A program made the translations under genes and the position numbers. Shown in pieces: positions 10,740 through 23,977 of a stretch of DNA of 64,000 nt (position 1 is the first letter of the stretch; each line of letters opens with the position of its first letter). The notes beneath the pieces are model-generated. The model had not been told where the DNA came from. It did not search any database and saw only the letters and a list, made by a program, of their open reading frames with translations. The stretch comes from Rebecca billardiae RCC1528 (taxonomy: Eukaryota; Protista; Haptophyta): the NCBI GenBank assembly GCA_965240325.2, contig OZ251234.1:1054001-1118000 (forward strand), given 5' to 3'.

Positions 10740-11640
10740 CGTGGCAGCTGTACCCAGCAACGTCGCCCTGCGTCGCTGGCACGGTGACGGACAGACGGTC
10801 CGGCGCCCGATCGAGGCCCTGGCTATCATGGGCAAATTCTCCATGCGATGACTTGTTGTAACCACGCACAGTGATAGCTGATGCTGACTAGCTGCTCAAT
10901 TGTTGTTGGCCGTAGTAACTAGCTGATGTGCTGACAGTGTCGGGCAGTGCCTCTCGAGCGCGGCAGTCACTGAGTGACTCGACAGTGCCGATCATCGGTG
11001 ATCGGATGTGCTGCAGTGATTGACACTGACGACAGATTTGACAGTGATGTCAGTGATTCACTGTGACGAGTGATGACGATCATTGGAAGTGATCACGGTA
11101 CGGGACCGGGTAGCTTACTCTGATCTGACGCGGGCATGAGTACTCAGTGCCCGAATCGGATCTGCGCCCGTGCAAGGCCAAGGACCAGTCAGCATGAGTC
11201 TAGTGCAGCACCATATCAGGCATCACAGATCAACCACTCTGACTCATCAGCATTCCGCAGCTCCCGAGTCCGGCCGGGTCGGCCCGAAGGGCAGGCGCCC
11301 GAATCGCGAGACCGTGCGGCGGCCCGGCGCGGCACATCCGCGTGGCGGCGGGCGGCGCGAGGGCGGCCGGCGGTGCGCGCGGCCGCGCGGTGAGACTGGC
11401 AGGTGGCCCGGCCCGGCTGGCAGCCACTAGTGCGGGTCCCAAGCGCGTCGGGCCGTGCGGCGGCGTACATCACCCGGATGGTATCTGGCCGTTCTCCCGC
11501 TCGCATTCTGCTCCTGCTGCAGATGCGGGGCCGCACTCCGCCCAGGCTGCGGGGATCTGCACGCCCGCACCGTGCAGCACACGCACAGACGCGACGCGCG
11601 CGGCCCGGCTGGGCAGCTGGCTGCCGCGAGCGCGCCGCGC

Positions 11641-12161
11641 TCAGTTCAGGTACTTCTTGCCGAGCGCGCGCACGCGCGCGTCAAATGTCTCAGAGACGAT
11701 CCGCTGCGTTGGCCTGTGAAATGGGTTGAGCAGCACCTTGACGTACAGCTCGTGCACGTCGTGCATGAACGAGCGGATGCCGTCCTCGTTGCGCACGTCG
11801 TGTAACAACATGAACCGCGCCCTGCCGGGCGTCACGTACGCGGAGATGAGTTGGTCGTTGAACTTGTCCACGACCTTGAGGTAGCTGCAGCACACGCAAG
11901 CGCGGGTGGGAGCGCCTGTGAGAGGGCGAGGCCGCGCGAAGGCCCACGCCGTGAGCACAGCGTGGCATACGCCGCGACGCCAGGCACGCACATGGGGTTC
12001 GAGCTCCAGAGCATCTCGTCGACAACGTCAAGCGCGGCATGTATGATGAACTGGTTGAGGTTGGCGCTGTCCTGCGCCTCCTTCTTGTGCGCCGGGATGA
12101 ACTCCGCCTCGTAGACGGGCTTGTCGCCATCCGCGACGATGACAAAGGAGTAGCTCCCCAT
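11641..12161 (-). CDS. TRAPPC2: TRAPP complex subunit 2 (sedlin/Trs20); intron 11885-11991
   Basis: F.IV...DKPVYE, LNQFIIHAALDVVDE, YLKVVDKFN, SAYVT, RFMLLHD, HELYVKVLLNPF. Confidence 0.95.
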
Positions 12162-12299
12162 GCCGTTGGCGGGTCACTCCACGCCGCGGCGCGGTCGTCG
12201 TCGCAGCCGACGCCGCGCGGCGACAGACGTGCGACACGCCGCCGCCGGGCCGGGGTGGGCGATTCGCTCTCCGTTCACGATGGCTGCCGGCGACAGCCG

Positions 12300-13017
12300 C
12301 GAATAATAAAACTGTGCCCTGGCGGGCGGGGGGGTCGGCGGGCCGTGCCAGTGCTGTCGCAATGTTTCCTCTGCGGGTTCGCGTCTTTCCACAGCATTCG
12401 CTCGTGGCCGTGGGTGACGGACAGTCGGACCAGTGACACCTGTGAGTGTGCCAGTTCTCCAACGCGGTGCGGTACGCGTCCGTGTGCATCAGCGAGGCCC
12501 ACACCCACGAGGGAATGTGCAGCACGCGGGGCGAGGCGGGTAGCCCGTTGCTCCGCGCGAGCGCGGACACGTACGCGCTGTATGTGCCGCATCTCGACCG
12601 CGATGGCGTAATCGAGCGCCTCGTCCACCGACGAAGCCGCCAGAGTAGATCATGTGCATGTCCTCCTGCCGCCAGCCGAGAGCGGTCGTCGCGAGGACGC
12701 TTGCCGATGTCCGCTCTGGGCATGATGGGCTCGGCGCAGGTCGCGTTGACATCGTACACGGCCGCCACGCTGAGCGCCAGCGCGTTGACGTTCACGCCGT
12801 CGTCGCTCTTTGCATCTTCGACAGGTCTGGCGCTCGCATGCTCGGCGGCACGAGGAGCTGTTGGTTGTGCGCGCGCGCGCGCACAGCGACAGCGTGTGCA
12901 CTCGCGATCGAGAGTGGGCAAGCGCTGCTCACGCGAGCACACGAATCGCAGCGCATCCGTCACCGGCGTGACGACTTCCGCCTCGTCCCGCAGCGCCTGC
13001 GCCATGGACGAGGCCAT
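12300..13017 (-). CDS. Hypothetical protein, boundaries uncertain
   Basis: Open frame from MASSMAQ with protein-like segments (VWASLMHTDAYRTALENW); no recognised motif. Confidence 0.35.
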
Positions 13018-14061
13018 GGCGCGGCGATGTTGCATGCTCGACGATTCATCTCTCTGCGGATGGCATCACGGGCTTGTCTGTGTCGCGCTGCGGCGAGGGT
13101 CGCCAACTCGCGAAGACGCGGTTGCTGCCACGGCGACAGACCCGGGAGGTGCGTCCGCTGCGGGTCGCATTGGTCACCGTCGACGCCATGCAGGCCGGAC
13201 GTGTGCTTCGGCTGAGGGACCGGACCGCGAGCGAGGACGGGGTCCGGTGCGCGGATTCCGGCGATCGAGTTCGGAAGGCCGCGCCAAATCTTGCGTCGCG
13301 TGCGATGGCGCTTCCCGCCCGCGAGACACCTCGTGATGAGGGCCTTTCCGCACCGAGCCCGACGCGCGGCGGTGGATCGCGCGAGGCGGTCATCGTGCGC
13401 AGCGCTTGATGCTATGGCCGGTGCGAGCGTTCGACGTGCACGTCGGGTGAGGATCGCCCCAGGTCGCACGATCGTGTCGACGCGCCGAGCCGTACCGCTC
13501 CAAACGCGTCGATTTAGCCCCCGTTCGACCTGCACGCGAGACGACGAGGGCAGCAATCGTGAATCGGGCGAAAACCCCCCTCGGGAATCCTCGCGCGATG
13601 TCCGCGCCGGCGTTGGATTTGGCGCGCGCGGCCCACGCGCTCCGCGCCACCCGGTACTGTGTTTTCGGCCGAGCGTCCCCAGTGGGAGCTGCGAGGGCGC
13701 CCGGTAGTGAGCGAAGCGATTTTCTTTGCTTGGCGGACGATTTTACTTTTCATTTTTATTTTTCCCCCGGGCAACAAGGGGTAGATCTACGGCCCGCCAT
13801 TGCTGTTTTTGACCGTAACTCTACTCGCGTATACAGGTTACTAAAAATAAGAGACGCACTACCGACACAGGCTCAGCTGCTCAGGCAGGCGAGATTTAGA
13901 GTAGTAGTAGAGTTACCGGGTCATTGTCACCATCAGCCGTCGACATCACAATTCACATGCCGACATGCGTTGTGACACAGACCGTGATGTCGATGAGCGA
14001 CAGATGACGTGAGAGTTCCGCCGGGCAGCTGCATGCAGTGTGAGTGTCACTACTGTCAGAG

Positions 14062-14064
<3 letters not shown>

Positions 14065-14123
<59 letters not shown>

Positions 14124-14124
14124 G

Positions 14125-14179
<55 letters not shown>
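14065..14179. repeat. Interrupted (TA)n microsatellite
   Basis: Direct read. Confidence 0.95.
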
Positions 14180-14180
<1 letters not shown>

Positions 14181-14300
14181 TTCGGTACAGCGGCGTTACG
14201 TGATACGTCCGTGGCCGTGCAGCCCTGCGTCGCGTCTGATAACTCAATATATATAATAACTGATATCCCGTCGTACGGATGCTGTAGTAATATATATATA

Positions 14301-15910
14301 TGACCGCGTTCCGCGGTCCTTTTCCGTAGAACGAACGTAGTTCAGGGCCCGCGGTGGCGGTGCACCCTCCGTCGCAGTCGTCTATTGACAGACCAGTTGC
14401 ATATGCCCGTACAACTAGACTCCAGCGGCGCGCCGCCGCCCGCCGCGCCGGGCGGGCCCATTGCAGCCGCCGGCGCGGCGCCGATTGTGTACAGGCGGAT
14501 GCGACGAGGCGTGATCGACGCATGAGCGCGACGTACTCCACGTGCACACCAGGCCACGCGGAGCTGACAGCCAGGGAGCACGGTGCGGGGCCGCGGATTC
14601 GTTCGGGCCGCTGCTGCTGACCGCTGTCCCCGCCGGGTCACCCCCCGCGCCGCGGCAGCGCCCGGGATGATGCACTGGTCCGAGTAGGGTTCGACCAGCG
14701 CCTGCGCGACGGCCGACAGGCGGGCGCGAGGCGTGATCGACGCATGAGCGCAACTCTACGTGCACGCCAGGCCACGCGGAGCTGACAGCCCGAGGGAGCA
14801 CGGTGCCGAGGTGCGAGGGCACCGGTGATCCGGTTCGCGCACTCGCCGCGCGTGCACGGGCAGCTGACACACCTCGATCAGGCTCGGCACGCGTTGCAGA
14901 GGCACGGCCAGCTCTGGGGACGTCACGCACCACCGTCGCCCGCGCAGCTCGTCCTCCTCGTAGAGTACCGTTCAGTTCCGAGGCGTAGCCCTCGCTCAGA
15001 GTCGACCGACGATGGACTCCGGGATCGTCGGCGCGCCTGCTCTCTCTCAATCAAGAAGAGTTCTGGGAGACCCCGGAAAGGCATGGCAAGGGCGGCGCGT
15101 GGTGAAGTCGAAGGCTCAGAGATCGATCAGTCCGGCATCAGGCGCCGCTGCCCCCGAGCTTGCGAGAGCCCGAACACAGGGCGGCGGCTGCGGCGCCGGC
15201 TCGCGGACGCGCCGGGGCCGCGCAAGGCCGCGCCGAGGCATCGACAGGGCGGCAGGGGCGGCGGGGGCGCGCGGAGTGAGCGGGGGCACGACGAACGCGA
15301 TGTCGACGGCAGTCGGGACCCGCCGCAGCCGCGCGCTCCAGGCGCCATTCGCCGCGCGCACCTGCCCATCGCCGTCCTCACCCGTCGGTCGCTCGCAGCG
15401 TGAGCCTCGTGCCCGTGGCTCGCCTCCAAACGCGGGCCGCCTCTGGTGGGCCGCCGCCCGGGGCCACGCGCGCGCCCAACCAAGTCCGTTCGCGTCAGAT
15501 AGTATTGAGATATACGCCGAGCTTGGGCCCTCTGCTACTGGCCCTTGCCTTGTCGGCTCCTGATACAGATAGGGCGCGATTGAATAGTTGATCAACTGAT
15601 TCAAGGGACGTACATTGTCACATCGGTTCGCGGCAATCTCACTATCAAACTAAATCGCTCGTAACGAACCGTTACGTTAAAGTCACGGCCGCTCACGTCC
15701 CGTCCATCGATTGAATAGGGGAATGTCGTGGACGCGGTTATTTCTCCGTAATGCATGTGTAGAGAGGGTCTCAAAAATCGAAACTCGGTCACCGCCAGCC
15801 CTAAAAATCGCCCCCCGTCCCTTTTTTCTTGATCAAAGATCTTTTTGAAACGTGGTTAGGGCCCACGGAGCGGGCTCCACGCTGCGCGTTCCGCCCTGCA
15901 CCGCGGGCCA
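14301..15910 (-). mobile_element. Helentron/Helitron2-like element, copy E2 (1610 bp), different interior
   Basis: Same ~140-bp 5' block as E1 (15770-15910) and same 3' ATIR plus hairpin block (14301-14356); internal ~80-bp direct repeat (14506, 14728). Confidence 0.72.
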
Positions 15911-16179
15911 TCAGTAACTTTTCATCGTCATCAACTTAGTGATGAGCTCGCCTGACTGACGATTGACACCGTCAGGCGTCATGCACGGTCCGTAGATAAT
16001 CTAGAAGTGAGTGAATAATTATTATTCGTCGAGCCGACTTCTGACATTATATATATTATTAGTCCGACCGCCGCGTAACGCCAACGACGAGTCATCGATG
16101 CCAGGGAGTCCGCCGCAACATCATGAGAGTGATGATTGAGACTCATCGCACGCGTGAAGCCTCTGATGATCGTCAGGCG

Positions 16180-18633
16180 TCAGGCGGCTGTGTCACATCC
16201 TGCCGGCTTTTCGATGCCCTCGTACAGCGGCACGGGCACGAAACCTAGCTCGAGTCCGGGCGGCGGCTTCACGAGCTGCGCGCCGTCTATCTCAGCGAGC
16301 TCCTCGCCCTCCGCGCCACCCGGCTCGATCCAGCGCTCGCCCGCCGCGCACAGCCGGTGCAGCGCCTCCGCGCGCGCCTGCATGAACTCGCGCTGCTCCG
16401 CGGAGAGGCGCAGCCGCTGCAGCGCGGGCTGGTCCACGAAGCGGTACCAGCGGTATGCGATCCACGAGGGCGAGGTCGTGCGCACGCAGTGCAGCTCGGG
16501 GCGCGCCGGGCCGGGCGCGTCGAGGCAGCCACCCTCGGGCGCGGTGCGCAGCGCATCGTATGGACCCCAAGGCGGCTTCTCTGGGAAGGCCGCGTCGCGC
16601 AGCGCCGCGCCCGCCGCCGACTCGGGAGCGGGCGCGCGCTCGGGCCCCGCGAAGAAGCGCGGTGGTTCCTCCTGCCCGGCGGCGGCGCTGCTCGGCGGGT
16701 GATGCGCCCACACGCACTCGCCCTCCTCCACGGTGGTGCGCAGCGTGCCCACGCTCCCCGGCTGCACGGCGATCTCGCCCTCCAGCTTGTACGCCGCCGC
16801 GTGCGTTGCCTCGTAGCACTGAGTGCGCGTGCTGCTGCCCGCGGCAAAGGGCGCGCGGCCGAGCACGCCCCGCTCGAGCGCGGCACGGATGGCGCCGTGC
16901 ACGCTGTCCTTCGCGTAGCCGCGCTGCCCGCGCACAAGCACGGTGCGCCCGCTCTGCCGCGGAAGGCGCAGCCTTGGGATTCGGTACATGCCACCGGCGC
17001 CCTTGAGCGTGCTGATCGTATTCCATTCAAACGCGGCGCCTCCCCAGTTGAAGCCGACGCCAGCCGAGCCAAAGTCGGCGAGGTGCGCGCTCTCGGCGGC
17101 GTAGCCGTCGGGCCGGCGCGCCCAGAACTCGGGCAGCACGTAGGCCAGCGGGCCGCCAAAGTTGCCCGCGTCCAGGACGATCGTGACGAAGTTGCGCCCG
17201 TCCTCGGCGGACGTCTGGCCGAGCGGTGTCCGCGCGTAGCCCACGCCCAGCAGGCCCTCCCGTGAGAACGTGACGCCGTCCGGCGCGAGGAGCAGCCGGT
17301 TGCTCAGCTGCACGATCGCGTGCTCGCTGCACGGCTTGGGCGACGGGACGCCGAAGGCGAAGAGGCTCGGGTCCATCTCCGAGTAGCAGCCGGCGGTCAT
17401 ACCGTGGCGCCACTTGGGCCGCGTGGTGGGCAGCTGGCTCATCCAGTACCCAGGCCCGCCCTCGACTGTCTCGTACAGGTCCCTGCATTTATACGCGGAG
17501 TCGCAGCAGCCGAAGCGGCCGTCGCCCACGGTGGTGCTCGGCCAGCCCGCGGGGTCGCACGCGCACGTCTCGCCGAACTCGACGTTCGTCGGCGTGAGCC
17601 ACGTGCTGCCCATCCCCATCTGCATGCGCAGCGGCACGCCCTCGTCCCACAGTGCGAAAATTCGAGTGTACCACGAAAAGCCCTCGGTGCTCGCGCTCGC
17701 GCGCTCCGCAGCGCCCCAGTAGAAGGAGTGGGCGTACACAAGGCTCGGCGGCGCGGGCGGCACGGGCGGCGCGGGCGGCGCGGACGGCGGCACGGGCGAG
17801 CCACGCCCGGAGCACGGGCACAGCCGCGAGTAGTCGACGGCACGCGCGCCGCACGAGCCTTGAGGATCGGACTCGCCGAATGCGCACACGCCGACGCACT
17901 CGCCGCCACAGCAGCCGGCCGACGTGCACACGGCGGGCGTGAAGGGGTAGCCCCAGCCCACGGTGCGCGTGCAGCTCGTACCGGCCTCGCTCGCCGCGGC
18001 GAGCACCGCCGCGGCGCTGTGCGCGCCCACGAGCGCAGTCTCGTCGCACCAGCCGCCAAACTGGTCGCACGTGTCCGAGCAGGAGGCACCAGGCTTGCCG
18101 AGGTGCCAGGCAGGCGCAAGCGGTGGTGGCGGTGGTGGCTGGACGGTAGTGAGCGGCGGCGGCGGCGCTGGGGACTTGCCAAGCCTGTAGCATGGGCACA
18201 GCCGCGAGTAGTCGACGTCGCGCGCGCCGCACGAGCCTTGAGGATCGGACTCGCCGAATGCGCACACGCCGACGCACTCGCCGCCACAGCAGCCGGCCGA
18301 CGTGCACACGCCGGGCGTGAAGGGGTAGCCCCAGCCCACGGTGCGCGTGCAGCTCGTACCGGCCTCGCTCGCCGCGGCGAGCACCGCCGCGGCGCTGTGC
18401 GCGCCCACGAGCGCAGTCTCGTCGCACCAGCCGCCAAACTGGTCGCACGTGTCCGAGCAGGAGGCACCAGGCTCGCCGAGGTGCCAGGCGGTCGTCGGCT
18501 CGGCGTTCGCAGTGAGCGCGGCGGGTATGGAAGAGCGCGCCAGGCTCAGCGCGCAAATGGCCACGGCGCACGCGATGGCGAGGCACGCGGCTGCCGCCCT
18601 CGTGATCACCGCGCCGGACGACCCGCTCATCAC
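16180..18633 (-). CDS. Secreted/membrane-anchored protein with two tandem Cys-rich modules and an uncharacterised C-terminal domain
   Basis: 817 aa; N-terminal hydrophobic anchor; two near-identical WHLG.PGASCSDTC...SRLCPC units at 378-bp period, separated by Pro-rich linkers. Confidence 0.85.
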   Translation of the reverse strand: MMSGSSGAVITRAAAACLAIACAVAICALSLARSSIPAALTANAEPTTAWHLGEPGASCSDTCDQFGGWCDETALVGAHSAAAVLAAASEAGTSCTRTVGWGYPFTPGVCTSAGCCGGECVGVCAFGESDPQGSCGARDVDYSRLCPCYRLGKSPAPPPPLTTVQPPPPPPLAPAWHLGKPGASCSDTCDQFGGWCDETALVGAHSAAAVLAAASEAGTSCTRTVGWGYPFTPAVCTSAGCCGGECVGVCAFGESDPQGSCGARAVDYSRLCPCSGRGSPVPPSAPPAPPVPPAPPSLVYAHSFYWGAAERASASTEGFSWYTRIFALWDEGVPLRMQMGMGSTWLTPTNVEFGETCACDPAGWPSTTVGDGRFGCCDSAYKCRDLYETVEGGPGYWMSQLPTTRPKWRHGMTAGCYSEMDPSLFAFGVPSPKPCSEHAIVQLSNRLLLAPDGVTFSREGLLGVGYARTPLGQTSAEDGRNFVTIVLDAGNFGGPLAYVLPEFWARRPDGYAAESAHLADFGSAGVGFNWGGAAFEWNTISTLKGAGGMYRIPRLRLPRQSGRTVLVRGQRGYAKDSVHGAIRAALERGVLGRAPFAAGSSTRTQCYEATHAAAYKLEGEIAVQPGSVGTLRTTVEEGECVWAHHPPSSAAAGQEEPPRFFAGPERAPAPESAAGAALRDAAFPEKPPWGPYDALRTAPEGGCLDAPGPARPELHCVRTTSPSWIAYRWYRFVDQPALQRLRLSAEQREFMQARAEALHRLCAAGERWIEPGGAEGEELAEIDGAQLVKPPPGLELGFVPVPLYEGIEKPAGCDTAA

Positions 18634-19051
18634 GAAGGCATCGTCAGTCCGAGACTCCGCGCGCGGGCGGGTCGACGCCGAATTGAGAATGCACAGCTCA
18701 GGCAGCTTTCTCCAGACTGTACAGATTGACGCCCGCCAACTGTCAGTCTGTCACCGCCATGAATGATGAAGCCGTCGCCGAGCGCTATGCCTATGGGGGG
18801 AACGGCGCCCAGTGGCGGAGTCCTGTCATGTACTCTCCTCCGGACCGCGTCGCCATCGTTACAGTACTCGGCGGGCACGTCGGTAGCAGTGGCCTTGGCG
18901 GAGAGTACCAGGCGTACCACGGGCAGGCCCCAGTCGGAGAGTTTACCCTGGACGAAGACGTTTTTATTAACAGTTTTTTTTGTGGACGACGCGGCAAGCC
19001 GCAAGGGCCCTTGGACTGAGTCTAAGCAGCAGCGGTTACTATTAATAATAA

Positions 19052-19110
19052 TGACCGCGTTCCGCGGTCCTCTTCCGTCAGAATCAACGTAGTTGGGGGC
19101 CCGCGGTGCA
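19052..19110 (-). mobile_element. Orphan 3' end (hairpin plus ATIR) of the same element family
   Basis: TGACCGCGTTCCGCGGTCC...AGTTGGGGGCCCGCGGTGCA matches the E1/E2 ends; no matching 5' end found. Confidence 0.7.
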
Positions 19111-19932
19111 GCTGTGCCACCCGCTCCGTCACGGCACGCTGTAGCCTCGCCGCCGCGTCGATGCAGATTGCAGTGCGTTACGTGCGAGGGCCGCTGCGCG
19201 CTTCGGCGCCGCCGGCGGTGAGTGACAGTCGGCCGACCGGGGGCCGCGAAGCACGAGGGCGACTGCGAGCACGGGCGAGAGGGGAGCAAGGCGTCGTAGC
19301 ATATGCCACCTCGCCATCGTCGTGGACTCGCCGCTCGCAGATCAGCCTGTGGCTCTCGTGTCAGGCAGTCGTCGTGAGCGCCAGCCATTCGCTCACTCTT
19401 TTGTTGGAGTTGGACGTGGGGCGAGGAAGTCAGGAAGATGGGCGCTGATGGGGCGCCGCGAGGCGGCCGCTAACTCGCAGGCGGACCGGGCTGCATGAAG
19501 TATGAAGTATGAATATCTTATAACATTTAATTCCGAAATAAGGCGCCACTGAGTTTCGGCGACGGCTTCGTCTATGTAATGGCCCGCGGTGCAGGGCGGA
19601 GCGCGTAGCGTGGAGCCCCGCCGGGGGCCCTCACTACGTTGTCAAAAAGATCTTTTGATCAAAGAAAAGGGGACGGGGGACGATTTTTAGGGCTGTTGGA
19701 GGGTGAGTTTTCGCTTTTTCGAGGGGTACGTTGGCCCATAGTGCTCTGCATTAGCAACTACGCGCTTGACGAAATAAGCGCGCCCACGCCATTCCGCATA
19801 AGTCGATGGACGGACGTGGGATCAGATACCCCGGGGGTGAAACAAGTGAGTATTTTTGTCCTTCTTGTATGCTGGAGTACGAGTTTGCCGAGCGACGTTT
19901 GATTGTTTTGGGTCGAAACCAGCTATGAGGCC

Positions 19933-20152
19933 AGATTCTTTTGAATAGCGCTTGCGAAAATAAGTTACCCGTCTGTCTCGATGGATGAACCGCCTCATGG
20001 TATTGAAAGAGATTCTTTTAAATAAGGCTTTTAAACCAAGTTACCCACCTGTCTCGTTGGATGAACCTCCTCATCATATTGAAGAGATTCTTTTGAATAG
20101 CGCTATTTAAAGCCAGTTACCCGCTTGCCTCGATGGATGAACCTCCCGTCAT
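19933..20152. repeat. ~76-bp degenerate tandem repeat x3 inside E3
   Basis: AGATTCTTTT.AATA...AGTTACCC...TG.CTCG.TGGATGAACC recurs three times. Confidence 0.85.
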
Positions 20153-23100
20153 CCCGTGCCTGTAATGAAGAGAGAGGCGCTTGTGAGTTGCCGGAAAACA
20201 GGTTACCCGCCCGCCAGCGTTGCGGGAGGCCCGAGGGCGCTGGGCGGGCGAGGAAGTGCCGTGCAAAGGCGCGCACCGAGTGCGCCACGGGTGCCGGCCG
20301 GCCGCTGGTCTCGCCCTATCGCCTTCCGCCCTCCCCGAGCGCGCCTGCAGGTACCTCCGGACGCGCATTCGGCTTGCTCACTCGATCAGCTCACTCACAG
20401 CTGCCGGTCACGCAGCCGCGCGGCGGCCCCGCGCGACCTGAGGTCACCGCGGCCCAAAGTGTGCGTGCGCGCCGCGCCGGTGCCCTCGCGCCGGTGGCGT
20501 GGGCTGGCTGGCTGCTGGTCTCGCCCACGCGCCCCACTCACCCCAAGCGCGCAACGCCTGCGGGAAGCGCCGGCACCATACCGCTAGCTGACTACTGCCT
20601 GCACGTCGACGCCGTCGGCGCCGCGCCTCGATCGATCGTCGACTCGCAGACCGCGTTGCGACTCCGTCCGCGCCCGCGCGCAGGGTGGGAGATGCTGATG
20701 CAGGAGCAGATGCAGGACTCGGACGCCGAGCTGGAGTCGAGCGCCACGTTCCGCACCCACTGCTACGCATACGGCGCTCCTGCGCGAAGACTGGCCGTAC
20801 GGTGCTCGTGGTGCCGTCTGTCCGAGTCTTTGCGCGAACTACTTCGTTCGTCGGCTTGCTTGGAGATGATCTGATGAGAGATGCAAGGCGATCAATAGGC
20901 GGAATGAGCCCCGGGGTCGCGCGAGCTCGCCCACCTCGCCCGGCGCGCACGCCGACGCCGCCACCGCGGCTCGGCGGCCGGACTAATCTCGGCCCGCGGC
21001 GCGTGCCCGTCCCCCCGGCCGGGCGCACGCCGCCGCCGGGCGCCGCCGCCGCGCAGGCAGTGCACTCGGTGGACGAGGAGACGGCCCTGCTGCGCGCGGA
21101 GCGCTGCGCGCCGCGCGCTGCTCCTGCTGCGGTGCGCAGCAGTCCGCTCGTCCGCCCCGCGGGCTCGCCACGGAGCCGACGAGGCCGGACTAATCTCGGC
21201 CCGCCGGGCGCGTGCGTCGGGCAGCGTCGGCCCCCGGGCCGGCGGTGCGCGCCGCCGCCGCCGCCGCGCAGGCCGTGCACTCAGTGGATGAGGAGACGGC
21301 CCCGTGCGCAGACGAGGAGGTGCCCATCAGCGGCACACTTTACGCGCTGCGGCGGCGGCTGCGCGCATCATCGAGTTAGATTAGTTACCGTAGGCGCGGT
21401 GGCAGCAGCTCCGACTGCTCAGGCCCTCAGCTCAGGCGAACGCTAGGGGGTCCAAGCCAGCAGCCCACCGATTGGTGATATTTGACAACCATGCCATGTA
21501 GGCGTCTGATGAGCGTGACGCTTGCGGAGTCACCCTCAAATATGTCCCAGAGCCCAGCCCAGCCGCCAGAAGCACTAAAAACCGACTCCGCGTGTCGTCG
21601 CGCGGCCGCGCGCGCACGCAGCGGCGCCCGCTGTGTCACATAGAGATTCAGCCGAATGTTACCTACTTGTCATGGCAGCTAGATGACGATACGCGGTCGG
21701 ACTTACTTATTGACAAGCGCTGCCCTCTATCCAGAGGATTTTATGGTGAAAATACCGAAAAAGTGGGGCACAATGCTGTGCGCGTAGACGTCCATGAAAA
21801 ACGACTCCAAGATCGAGCACATTACCCATTTAATTATGGGAATGTACCCGCATATAAGCACCATGTTACCCACTATATATCGAATGCGGTTAATTTTGCC
21901 ATATGTATTCAAGTGAGTGTCTATACATGGGTACCTTGCTCACTACTTGCTGGGTCATCCGAATACGGAGTACGGCGGCGCCGAGACGGCTCATGCCACT
22001 GGACTCAGCACATCAGTGAGTGCCGGCCCGCGAACGCGGGCCTGATGCCGGTGGCGGGCTGCACGTGCTGCGGCACACGGCCAACTCCGCCACTAAACAT
22101 GCCGCCACCATCCCGGCGTGAGAGTCCTCTCCGCCGTCGAGGCTGGCGTGCGCAGACTAGCTCGCCATGTGCCGGGCGGCTTCCTTACCCGTACTCAGGT
22201 GTCACCGGCACCGTCGCCGTTCGTCGTACCCCAGCCCACGCGAGGCCGCCGCCGGTCCACCTCTGCTGCGGCTACAGCGCTTGCAGTCGAGGCTGCTCCA
22301 GCTTACCTCTGACTCTGCGAGCTGCTCGGTGGCGAGCGTTGAGCTCTCTGCCTCCACTGCCGCGCCCAGCAGCACTCCTGCCCCGAGCATCATGCAGTCC
22401 GCGCGCTGCTCCAAGACGGCCGCCAACAGTGGCGCAGGCACTCCCGAGACGAAGACACGGTGTGCAGATGTGGCAGCGGTCATAGCGGAGCTTGGCGGCG
22501 CGCGTTTGCTCCGCAGCAAGCTTGACGTTCGTGACAAGGTGCACGCTCTTCGCCTCAGCGCAGCTCGGCTGCTGCATGCAGCCAAGCGGCACGCCAAGTG
22601 GCACAACAAACAAGCCGACACGTGCCGGCTGGAGCTTCTGGCGATACTACTGTGAGCTGGAAGACAGGCCCCGCGCGTACACAGGGTCGCCGAGCTTGCT
22701 TACCACCCACGACTGCCGCGCACTCCCGTTTGCGAACGAGCGGCCAGCGATCGCGCGAGTGCATGCGCAGCGCGTGGGGAGGTGAGCACTGCACGCACCA
22801 GGCCGAGCGCCGGGGGGTCATTCATGCTCATCATGGACAAGCTAAACCAGGTGTAAACCAGCGCGCAGCGTGCACGCTTCACCTGAAACCGGGGCTGCGT
22901 TGTCCGCGCTCATCCGGATGAGAGTTCGAACGGCGCGCAGAGCGGGGCTGTGAAGTTCAAGATGTCCGGTGAGAGCGAGCTGCCAGCGATCATTTGGTCG
23001 ACCGCTGTCATGGTGGCCACCCTGACTCGCCCGCCCGCGCGCCTCTGACGCCAGAGCGCGCTCCGCCGCGCCGACGCGACGATGAAGTCCACCGCCCAGG

Positions 23101-23977
23101 CGTGCTACTCGCCCGATCTCGGGCTCGACCGTGCTCTGAACGGCCGCGGCCCGTGCTGCCGCAATTCGAGGCAACAATGTTCGGAAATGGTCACCGCGAA
23201 ATCGGTCAGTCGATTTTCGATTTTTAATTCCGCGGCTTGGACCCCCTACGAACGCTGAAGCTTGGCGATGACTCGCGAACTCAGTCATCAGGAAGTCAGT
23301 AGCTACATGTCCTAAGACAGACTCGCCGCCTGAGCCATATTGAAAGCGGTTAAATAAACAGTTCTGCTAACGATCCTTCGATCAAGCTCAATAGCAATCT
23401 CATCATCTATAGAATCTTTATACTGACCAAGGGGGTTCAATCAGAACTGCGCGCCCTTCAATCGAATATCATGAACGGTACGGAAACTGACTTTGTGCCT
23501 CAGATCACAAATGTGCCCGTCCTAATCGTACGACGTGCGTTAAGTTTTGTCGCAACATGGGGGTATGGGGGTAATCAGGGACGATTTGTTGTTGTTCGGT
23601 CTTTCACACCCGCGCCTTTTACCCCCTAATACTGAAAGATACTGACTTTGCGCACGCGCTCCTCCTAATCGTTCGTGCGTTAAGTTTCGTCGCGCAATCA
23701 TGGCCCGTTGCTGCTTGGTCTTTCACACCCTCGCCTTTTACCCCCTATGGGGGTAATACTGAAAGATACTATAATAGTTAATGATGAGGCCGGCCAGGTT
23801 CGTTCGCGAACGACCACTTATGAACGACGATATAATAAACTTCTCAAGCTCAATAGCAATATATCTCTATAAAAACATCTGACCCGCGCGCCCTCCAATC
23901 AAAAGCAGCATATACTTTACGACGATTGATGATCGTCGTCGGCAGCAAAAGTCCGTTGGCCCTTGAGCCGGGACGCC

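Noticed and set aside
14301-15910. Solo-LTR interpretation of the TG...CA-ended elements
   Set aside because: No 4-6 bp TSD at any copy, interiors differ, and the inverted repeat is asymmetric with a terminal hairpin.
18759-19019. Small ORF MNDEAVAERY
   Set aside because: 86 aa with no recognisable motif; not enough support to call a gene.
19933-20152. CRISPR-like array
   Set aside because: Only three degenerate units whose 'spacers' are also homologous; eukaryotic context with no cas genes.
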